DNA from: Candidatus Zixiibacteriota bacterium
GTDB lineage: Bacteria; Zixibacteria; MSB-5A5; WJJR01
Length of the DNA stretch: 15,409 nt
Direction: 5' to 3'
Assembly (NCBI GenBank): GCA_036170655.1
Contig: JAVHPP010000057.1
Location: forward strand, 1-15,409
The translations under genes and the position numbers were made by a program. Below are positions 8,792-15,409 of this stretch, one piece after another; position 1 is the first letter of the stretch, and every line of letters begins with the position of its first letter. Below the pieces are notes generated by a model that worked only from the letters and a program-made list of their open reading frames with translations, was not told where the DNA came from and made no database searches.

Positions 8792-8890
8792 GAATCCCTC
8801 AACGCCCACAAAGGGCTATGCTACAAATGCAGAACCCCGTCGGCATTTGTGTAACATAGGCCCTCGTGGCCGTCGATCGTGGGCACCGGG
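8792..8890 (+). repeat. ~100-bp direct repeat, copy A
   Basis: GAATCCCTCAACGCCCACAAAGGGCTATGCTACAAATGCAGAACCCCG...ATAGGCCCTCGTGGCCGTCGATCGTGGGCACCGGG aligns along its length with 9284-9385. Confidence 0.9.
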
Positions 8891-8919
8891 AGGAAGCGTT
8901 CGGAATGGACCAGTCGCAT

Positions 8920-9180
8920 CTACGCGCGTCCAGTCTTCCGTGACTTCCGGAGACGCCGAATCGTTTCCTTGGCTGATCCCAAAGGCCCATGGAAGCGACC
9001 CGCCTTAATGTCCGCCAGACCCTCCGCCAGGCGCTTCTCAATCAGTTCCTTGGGGGTCAGGACGAGCTTATCACCATCCAGCTCGACTTCCAAGTAATCG
9101 CCGGGTGTCAGTCTGAGCTGGTCATAGACTTTCTTGGGGATCACGATCTGCCGACTCACGCCGATCTTTACTGCAGCCAC
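8920..9180 (-). CDS. AbrB/MazE/SpoVT-family DNA-binding protein (antitoxin-like), 86 aa
   Basis: GTG start at 9180 with GGAGG RBS at 9187-9191. VKIGVSRQIVIPKKVYDQLRLTPGDYLEVELDGDKLVLTP is the AbrB swapped-hairpin pattern. The tail EGLADIKAGRFHGP resembles antitoxin C-termini. Confidence 0.9.
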   Translation of the reverse strand: MAAVKIGVSRQIVIPKKVYDQLRLTPGDYLEVELDGDKLVLTPKELIEKRLAEGLADIKAGRFHGPLGSAKETIRRLRKSRKTGRA

Positions 9181-9217
9181 GAAATGCCTCCGTTTCCATA
9201 AATTGTAGAACCATATT

Positions 9218-9235
9218 TCCGTATAATTATACGGA
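9218..9235. promoter_or_regulatory. 18-bp perfect palindrome containing TATAAT on both strands (promoter -10 / operator)
   Basis: TCCGTATAATTATACGGA, in an AT-rich patch 38 nt upstream of the AbrB-family start. Confidence 0.7.
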
Positions 9236-9283
9236 GAACAGAGGAAAACGACAGGCATTTTCTGCGAGCGTTGCGGGGGTAGC

Positions 9284-9385
9284 GAATTCCCTCAACACCC
9301 ACAAGGGGCTATGCTACAGATGCAAAAACCCCGACGCGCACTCGTGTAGCATAGGCCCTCGCGGCCGTAGATCGTGGGCACCGGG
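9284..9385 (+). repeat. ~100-bp direct repeat, copy B
   Basis: GAATTCCCTCAACACCCACAAGGGGCTATGCTACAGATGCAAAAACCCCG...ATAGGCCCTCGCGGCCGTAGATCGTGGGCACCGGG matches 8792-8890. Confidence 0.9.
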
Positions 9386-9553
9386 CGCGATCGCCAGCGA
9401 CTGCCAGTATCCTCTGTCAGTGATGTCTTGAAAGAGACCGAACCGGCGAAGCAGTGCCCGGCCTTCTTAACCTGTCAACACCATTGTTGGCTCGCCGAAC
9501 GGATTTCATTAGTATTGAAGCGGGACGCTGGCCACACGGAAGGGCAAATGTAG

Positions 9554-12500
9554 ATGGACCCAGTCCAAGAATACCTGAAAGAACTACGCGACATCCGCTC
9601 CACGGGCGCCGGTGTGCCGGAGACATCTTACTATCCGGCCCTCTCCAACCTGCTCAACGAAGTCGGGAAGACCCTTAAACCCAGAGTCCGCTGCGTCATG
9701 CAGCTTGCCAACCGGGGCGCGGGAAATCCCGATGGCGGTCTGTTCACTCCCGACCAGCTTCAGCAGGTCTCCGACACGGATCCGCTGACCGGGCAGATTC
9801 CTGCACGTGGTGTTATCGAGATCAAGCCGATATCTGATGACACTTGGATTACAGCCGGGAGTCATCAGGTCACCAAGTACTGGAGACGTTATGGCCTTGT
9901 CCTCGTGACGAACTACCGTGACTTCCTGATTATTGGCACGGACGACGATGGCAAACCGAAGAAGTTTGAATCGTTCCGTTTGACTGGAAGCGAGAAGGAA
10001 TTCTGGGATCTTGCGGGCCATCCCGGTCGCACACGGAGCGGGGTGGCCAGCCGGTTTATGGAATTCCTCAAGCGTGTCATCCTGCATCGTGCTCCCTTAT
10101 CGAAGCCCGAAGACGTCGCGTGGTTCCTGGCATCCTACGCGCGCGATGCCAGATCGCGAATCGAGGACGTCGATGTGTCGACTCTCGATGCGTTCCGCGC
10201 AGCGCTCGAAGAGGCGCTCGGGATGAAATTCGAGGGGCCTGACGGGGAGAATCTCTTTCGCTCGTCGTTCATTCAGACCTTGTTCTACGGTGTGTTCTCG
10301 GCCTGGGTGCTCTGGGCGCACGAACCCGACCAGACGGACAAGTCGGCCAATTTCGATTGGAAACGGGCGGGATGGTGGCTCCATGTGCCGATGATCCGTG
10401 TCTTGTACGAGGAAGTCTCCGGTCCCCTGAAGCTGCGATCGCTTGATCTTGTTGAACCGTTGGACTGGACTGCCGAAGTGCTCAACCGTGTAGATCGCGA
10501 CACATTCTTCGCAACTTTCGACCAGGGTGAAGCCGTTCAATACTTCTACGAGCCATTTCTTCAGCAATTCGATCCCAACCTGCGCAAACGGTACGGAGTC
10601 TGGTACACGCCGCCGGAGATCGTGAAATACATGGTTGCTCGGGTTGACAGGGTGCTCCGCGAGGAACTGGGAATCGGGGATGGACTGGCCGACAGCCGTG
10701 TTCTCGTGCTCGATCCCTGCTGCGGGACCGGGGCTTATCTTGTCGAGGTATTGCGGAAGATTGCCGAGACGCTCAAAAGCAAGGGCGGTGATGCGCTCGC
10801 ACCGCAGGACATCAAGCACGCCGCGATGGAACGGGTGTTCGGATTTGAGATCATGCCAGCACCGTTTGTCGTGGCACATCTGCAGGTGGGGCTGCTGCTG
10901 CAACGACTCGGTGCACCACTATCTCACGATGCTGCGGAGCGTGCTGCCGTCTACCTCACTAACGCGCTTACAGACTGGGAGCCGCCGAAGGACCCGAAGA
11001 ATAGGATTCTTCTGCCGCTGCCGGAACTGCAGCAGGAGCGCGACGCAGCAGGTCGCATCAAGCGTGACACTCCGATCCTCGTTGTTCTCGGTAATCCCCC
11101 TTACAACGCGTTCGCAGGCACGGCGGCGAGTGACGAGGAACGCATGCTGATCGAACCGTACAAGCAAGATCTGAATAAACCGGTCAAGGAAGGCGGCTGG
11201 GGGATCAAGAAATTTAACCTCGACGATCTTTACATTCGATTCTTTCGACTTGCCGAACGCCGCATTGCAGAACTGTCAAAGCGAGGCGTCGTTTGCTTCA
11301 TCTCGAATGGATCATGGGTGAGCGAGCCATCGTTCGTTGTGCTGCGCGAGCACTTACTGGCCTCCTTTGACAAGTTCTGGATCGAGAACCTTCATGGGAA
11401 TCGCAAGATATCCGAGTATGCGCCCGACGGCCGCACGAGTGAGACTATCTTCGCAATCTCCGGTTTTTCACCGGGCATCCAGCAGGGCGTGGCGACGTCA
11501 CTTTGGGTGAAGAGCGGAAAGATGTCTCGCAGCGCGACTGTTCTTTTCCGCGACGATATCGACGCCGCGCGCGCAGGCGAGCGGCGCGAGCAGCTCCTCC
11601 GCAGCCTCGAAGCCCTGCAATTCGACGCCAAGTATCGCCGGGCCGTACCTATGCGTGACAATCGTCACTCGTTCCGACCATCTACGGTTGCTGAGCACTA
11701 CATGGAGTGGCCGAAGGTGGTCGACCTGTGTGCCGTGCCCCCGAGCAACGGTCTGATGGAAAAGCGTGGGGGGGCTCTCATCGACATTGATCGCGACGCG
11801 CTCGCCACGCGCATGAGGGCGTATTTTGATCCCAAGCTGGATTGGAATGAGTACAAGGCACTCGGATACGGGCTCAATGACAAACAGGCAGGGTTCGACC
11901 CGCCCAAGGCACGGAGCAAGGCAGTTGCATCCGAGAGATTCAGCCTGGATCGAATTGTACGGTACGCGGTCAGGCCGTTTGACATGCGTTGGTGTTACTA
12001 CACTCCAGTCAGTCCGGTATGGAATCGTGCCCGCCCTTCCCTTTGGGCGCAGTACTGGAAGGGGAATCGGTTCTTGATGACTCGTCCCGCAGGGGTGGCA
12101 TCACCCGAGGGTATCCCGTTCTTCTTTACTTCCGTGCTTGGGGATAACGATTTCCTGAGGGGGCATGCGTACTACTTCCCCTATCAACTTCGAATGGCAG
12201 AAGGCGCGGGACACGCTGATGGTCAGGATCTTTTCGCCAAGGCCAAGGGGGAATCGAAGAGGCGCAAATCTGTCAGCAGTCACGGGCTGCACGCGGCAAG
12301 GTATTTGGGAGGTGTGGGTATGGATTTCAACGATGCCGCACCGGTCTGGAATCACGTCTTAGCTGTAGGGTTCTCGCCGGCTTACCTTACCGAGAACATG
12401 CAGGGCATTCGTCAGGATTGGCCGCGCATTCCGCTGCCCGCATCGAAAAAGCAACTGCTCCACTCTGCCAGTCTTGGGAGTGCGTTGGCACTGCTGCTCG

Positions 12501-13060
12501 ACACTGAATCCGAAGTCAAAGGAGTGACCCAAGGCACGATTCGGCCCGAGCTGTCGGGTGTCGGCGTGATCGCACGAGCCGGGGGCGGGGCGCTTAGCCC
12601 AACTAAGGGTGATCTCGACACCACTGTTGGTTGGGGGCACCGTGGCAAAGACGGTGCCGTCATGCCGGGCAAAGGCCGCCTTGTCGAGCGTGATTATTCG
12701 AAAGAGGAGCTTGAAGCGCTAAGAGTTGGCGCCAAGGCCCTGGGAGTGTCCTTCGAACAGGCGCTGGCTCAGTGGGGAGGCACAACCTGCGACGTGTACC
12801 TGAACGATGTCGCTTACTGGAAGAACGTGCCCAAGAACGTGTGGGAGTATGTCATCGGCGGATATCAGGTGGTCAAGAAGTGGCTCAGCTACCGCGAGTG
12901 CAGCATCCTCGGGCGCGGTCTGACAAAGGACGAAGCGCGCGAAGTGACCAACATGTGCCGGCGAATCGCCGCCATCCTCTTGATGCAGCCGGCGCTTGAC
13001 CAGAACTATCAGGCCGTCAAGGAATCCTGTTTTGACTGGTCCACGGTCAAGGAGAACTGA
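9554..13060 (+). CDS. Single-chain restriction-modification protein: PD-(D/E)xK-like nuclease + N6-adenine methyltransferase + type ISP-like C-terminal specificity domain (helicase-less, type IIG-like)
   Basis: N-terminal PDGGLF...VIEIK...QVTKY...LVTNYRDF. MTase motifs YFYEPFL, GVWYTPPEIV, LDPCCGTG (motif I), GFEIMP, GNPPY (motif IV), DDLYIRF. C-terminal RYAVRPFDMRW, DWPRIPLP, VWEYVIGGYQVVKKWLSYR. No Walker A or DEAD motif. Confidence 0.9.
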   Translation: MDPVQEYLKELRDIRSTGAGVPETSYYPALSNLLNEVGKTLKPRVRCVMQLANRGAGNPDGGLFTPDQLQQVSDTDPLTGQIPARGVIEIKPISDDTWITAGSHQVTKYWRRYGLVLVTNYRDFLIIGTDDDGKPKKFESFRLTGSEKEFWDLAGHPGRTRSGVASRFMEFLKRVILHRAPLSKPEDVAWFLASYARDARSRIEDVDVSTLDAFRAALEEALGMKFEGPDGENLFRSSFIQTLFYGVFSAWVLWAHEPDQTDKSANFDWKRAGWWLHVPMIRVLYEEVSGPLKLRSLDLVEPLDWTAEVLNRVDRDTFFATFDQGEAVQYFYEPFLQQFDPNLRKRYGVWYTPPEIVKYMVARVDRVLREELGIGDGLADSRVLVLDPCCGTGAYLVEVLRKIAETLKSKGGDALAPQDIKHAAMERVFGFEIMPAPFVVAHLQVGLLLQRLGAPLSHDAAERAAVYLTNALTDWEPPKDPKNRILLPLPELQQERDAAGRIKRDTPILVVLGNPPYNAFAGTAASDEERMLIEPYKQDLNKPVKEGGWGIKKFNLDDLYIRFFRLAERRIAELSKRGVVCFISNGSWVSEPSFVVLREHLLASFDKFWIENLHGNRKISEYAPDGRTSETIFAISGFSPGIQQGVATSLWVKSGKMSRSATVLFRDDIDAARAGERREQLLRSLEALQFDAKYRRAVPMRDNRHSFRPSTVAEHYMEWPKVVDLCAVPPSNGLMEKRGGALIDIDRDALATRMRAYFDPKLDWNEYKALGYGLNDKQAGFDPPKARSKAVASERFSLDRIVRYAVRPFDMRWCYYTPVSPVWNRARPSLWAQYWKGNRFLMTRPAGVASPEGIPFFFTSVLGDNDFLRGHAYYFPYQLRMAEGAGHADGQDLFAKAKGESKRRKSVSSHGLHAARYLGGVGMDFNDAAPVWNHVLAVGFSPAYLTENMQGIRQDWPRIPLPASKKQLLHSASLGSALALLLDTESEVKGVTQGTIRPELSGVGVIARAGGGALSPTKGDLDTTVGWGHRGKDGAVMPGKGRLVERDYSKEELEALRVGAKALGVSFEQALAQWGGTTCDVYLNDVAYWKNVPKNVWEYVIGGYQVVKKWLSYRECSILGRGLTKDEAREVTNMCRRIAAILLMQPALDQNYQAVKESCFDWSTVKEN

Positions 13061-13174
13061 GGAACCATGCGCACTATTCCGGTCGATTCCAATACCAGAG
13101 TTCCGTCCCGCTCTCGGTGGCCAAGCAGAGACGGAGGTGGGAGGCGGTAAATGCCATCCAGCGAAGCGTGTCTT

Positions 13175-13203
13175 AGCTTGGAGTCCGAACGTGTCCGATT
13201 TCT
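13175..13203 (+). repeat. 29-bp direct repeat, copy 1 (upstream of kinase)
   Basis: AGCTTGGAGTCCGAACGTGTCCGATTTCT; 27/29 identical to 15141-15169. Confidence 0.85.
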
Positions 13204-13293
13204 TTGACGACTTGCAGCCCATGGCCATCACGAACCACGGATGCGCCGACGAGGCAAGCTCTGTGGTTCGCGGTCCTCAGCGATCGCTCGGAG

Positions 13294-15036
13294 ATGACGG
13301 TGATCTCGATCGGTGACAGGTTGGACGGCAAGTATCTGATTACGCGCAGACTCGGGGGTGGCGGGTTCGGCGAGGTGTTTCTGGCCACGGATGAGGTGAT
13401 CCCCAATCGCCAGGTCGCAATAAAGGTGCTTTCCCAACCACGTCCGGGGGATCACAGCGACCTCGTGTGGGAGATGCAGACACTGGCGCAGTTCAACCAT
13501 CCGCACATCGTGACGTTCTACCACCATTTCAACGCCGAGGAACGGTTGTACCTAGTGATGGAGTTCTGCCCGGCCGGAAGTTTGAATGATCTGCTGGTGG
13601 CAGGGGGGCCTTACTGCAAGGAACAGGTGTTCGCGTGGGGTCTGGAACTGTGCGAGACCCTCGCTTTCGTCCATGGAAAGGGAATAGTCCACCACGACAT
13701 CAAGCCCCAGAACATTCTCTTCGCCGGGGACGGGACGATTAAGCTCGGAGACTTCGGCGTGGCCAACCGCATCGCAGGCACCCGCTTGTATCTGCCACCG
13801 GAAATGCTGCTCGGCGAACGCGTGTCTCGGATTGACCCAAGGGTGGACGTATACGCACTCGGTCTGACGTTGCTCGAAGCGATAAATGGCCACCATCCCT
13901 TCGAGCATCTCCAGCCGGACGAGGCCATCAGGGCCCGCATCAAGCACGATTTCGTCCCGACCGAACTGCCCCGCTGGGTACAGGAAGTCCTGCTCAAGGC
14001 AACTCACCCCACTCCCGAACTGCGATTCCAGTCGGCGGACGATTTTTGCGATGCCATCCGCGGTCAACACGTGCCCTACGTATTCGATGGTAACCGGATC
14101 AGGGCCGACGATCTGGCCAGGAGGGCCGAGTCTTCGATCGCACGCAGGAAGTGGAAAACGGCCGAGAAGCTCGCATCCTATGCACTTGAGTTGAGCCCCG
14201 ATTCCGTCGCCGCATTGCTGGCTGCGGGCCGTTGCCAGCTGCTGATTCGCCGCATTGATCGGGCCAGCGAATACCTGTCCAAGGCAGTATCCATTAGTCC
14301 GCGTACGCCGGTTCAGAAGGAACTCGGATGGATAAACCTTGAGCAAGGCCGGATCCCGACAGCAATCTCGCTGCTGACCGACCATTTACAGAGGAATGCG
14401 TCCGACTACGAAGCCTATAACCTGCTCCTAAAGTGCTTCTACTTGACCGATCGCTACGAAGCGGGAGAATCTCTTGCAAACATTGTCGTTGACGCGAAAG
14501 CGCCGAATGACTGCTTCCGCAACAACCGGCTCCTGTGCCGTTTACTGAACGGAGATAGCGCCCCTGTCGAACTGGCAACGCCCACTTCCCGTGAGGCTGC
14601 CAATCCCTTCATCGTCTACAACCTCGCGGTGGCGAATGAAAGGCCGCGGTCCTGGGGAAGCGATACGCCGGTGTCGCTGAAATCGAAGCTGCTGTTCGAA
14701 GAGTACCGATTCGGGACCGCTGTCCGCACTGGAAGAAAGAATACGCTCGCAGTGTACACGTCCGGCAATGTCCGTGACGACTTTGGTCGGTCGATTGTGG
14801 CGATTGGCTCCCTGAGCGTGAACGATCTCGTTGTCAACGACAAGAGCGTGAGTCGTCGCCACTGCGTCATCGTGAACTATCCTGACGATGTGTGGCTCTA
14901 TGACCTCGGAAGCACGGTCGGCACTGTGATCGACGGGCAGCGCCTCGTTGGTCGAACACTCTTGGACAGTGTGCACGAAGTGGCGGTCGGACGGGTCCGC
15001 CTGCGCATTGCTGCGAGAAACGACATATTTCTCTAA
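13294..15036 (+). CDS. Hanks-type Ser/Thr protein kinase with TPR repeats and C-terminal FHA domain
   Basis: Kinase motifs GGGGFGEV, VAIK, HHDIKPQN, DFG, GTRLYLPPE, DVYALG. Central TPR-like helices. FHA pattern IGS...NDLVV...VSRRHC...DLGSTVGT. Start is ATG 13294 or GTG 13300; GGAG at 13290-13293 fits the GTG better. Confidence 0.93.
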   Translation: MTVISIGDRLDGKYLITRRLGGGGFGEVFLATDEVIPNRQVAIKVLSQPRPGDHSDLVWEMQTLAQFNHPHIVTFYHHFNAEERLYLVMEFCPAGSLNDLLVAGGPYCKEQVFAWGLELCETLAFVHGKGIVHHDIKPQNILFAGDGTIKLGDFGVANRIAGTRLYLPPEMLLGERVSRIDPRVDVYALGLTLLEAINGHHPFEHLQPDEAIRARIKHDFVPTELPRWVQEVLLKATHPTPELRFQSADDFCDAIRGQHVPYVFDGNRIRADDLARRAESSIARRKWKTAEKLASYALELSPDSVAALLAAGRCQLLIRRIDRASEYLSKAVSISPRTPVQKELGWINLEQGRIPTAISLLTDHLQRNASDYEAYNLLLKCFYLTDRYEAGESLANIVVDAKAPNDCFRNNRLLCRLLNGDSAPVELATPTSREAANPFIVYNLAVANERPRSWGSDTPVSLKSKLLFEEYRFGTAVRTGRKNTLAVYTSGNVRDDFGRSIVAIGSLSVNDLVVNDKSVSRRHCVIVNYPDDVWLYDLGSTVGTVIDGQRLVGRTLLDSVHEVAVGRVRLRIAARNDIFL

Positions 15037-15140
15037 GCAGGAGGCACCGACACCCGAAACGGCCGAGCACGTAAGGGCTTTCTGCTGAAGCGTGGCCTTG
15101 GTAGAGGGGTCTTGGCGAAAGGAGCGGCTGAGGAGAGGCA

Positions 15141-15169
15141 AGCTTGGAGTTCGAACGTGTGCGATTTCT
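15141..15169 (+). repeat. 29-bp direct repeat, copy 2 (downstream of kinase); left arm of an imperfect hairpin extending to about 15218
   Basis: AGCTTGGAGTTCGAACGTGTGCGATTTCT. It can pair with AATCTACACTTCGGA...CAAGC, with an inner TACATC/GATGTA stem. Confidence 0.8.
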
Positions 15170-15365
15170 CTACATCCCGGCCGATGTAATCTACACTTCG
15201 GATGTCTTCCACACAAGCCCGACCCTTCTCACTTTTGACGTCCACTCATTCCCCAGTCACCCAGGCTGCTGCCGCAAATTCCGTGTCAAAAAGCCGGGCA
15301 TGCGAGAGCCATCGGGCCGCGCGTCAAAACTATCGCAAGCCCCACTCGGTCAGGGGCGAAAGCGC

Positions 15366-15394
15366 TTGACAGTCGGCCGATCCGGGCTTAATCT
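15366..15394 (+). promoter_or_regulatory. Putative sigma70 promoter for a gene beyond the window
   Basis: TTGACA (15366-15371), 17-nt spacer, TAATCT (15389-15394). Confidence 0.6.
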
Positions 15395-15409
15395 CGCCAC
15401 CTCGGTGTC

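Larger units (their letters stand above)
8563..9369. repeat. Cluster of five GTAG-type REP-like 24-mers in alternating orientation
   Basis: GTAGCATAGGCCCTTGTGGCCGTT 8563-8586(+); GTAGCATAGCCCTTTGTGGGCGTT 8801-8824(-); GTAACATAGGCCCTCGTGGCCGTC 8851-8874(+); GTAGCATAGCCCCTTGTGGGTGTT 9294-9317(-); GTAGCATAGGCCCTCGCGGCCGTA 9346-9369(+). Each has a GTAG foot (GTAA in one copy) and a short GC hairpin. Confidence 0.85.

Noticed and set aside
9181..9258. 26-aa N-terminal extension of the AbrB ORF given in the ORF track
   Set aside because: It covers the AT-rich promoter and palindrome. GTG 9180 has a well-placed GGAGG and begins the AbrB domain.
8553..9385. CRISPR array interpretation of the repeats
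   Set aside because: Units alternate in orientation, spacing is irregular (one interval holds a gene), and no cas genes are present.
2114..14385. Long antisense ORFs such as 2114..3013, 10097..10903 and 13552..14385
   Set aside because: Antisense shadows of well-supported genes, expected in GC-rich DNA, with no recognisable motifs.
13175..15218. Canonical integron attC sites flanking the kinase
   Set aside because: No clean RYYYAAC...GTTRRRY pair with the expected L boxes and unpaired spacer, and no intI in the window. Kept only as unexplained repeats.

Overview
GC-rich bacterial chromosomal window. The C-terminal dockerin-like domain on the secreted peptidase suggests candidate phylum Zixibacteria or a relative (inference). 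Left half: 5' part of recQ (minus strand, absent from the ORF track); a signal peptide + thioredoxin-fold + TPR gene that the ORF caller split in two at an in-frame TGA; an M32 carboxypeptidase; an ABC exporter pair; and a secreted M36/M4-type metallopeptidase. The TGA sits in a U-G-S-C (UxxC) redox motif and is followed at once by a bacterial SECIS-like hairpin, so the gene is very likely an unannotated exported selenoprotein (960..1862, Sec72). This is the strongest finding. Right half is an accessory, defence-like island: nested REP-like palindromes around an orphan AbrB/MazE gene with an 18-bp perfect palindrome upstream, a single-chain nuclease + N6-adenine methyltransferase + specificity-domain restriction-modification protein, and a co-oriented non-RD Ser/Thr kinase-TPR-FHA gene bracketed by 29-bp direct repeats.
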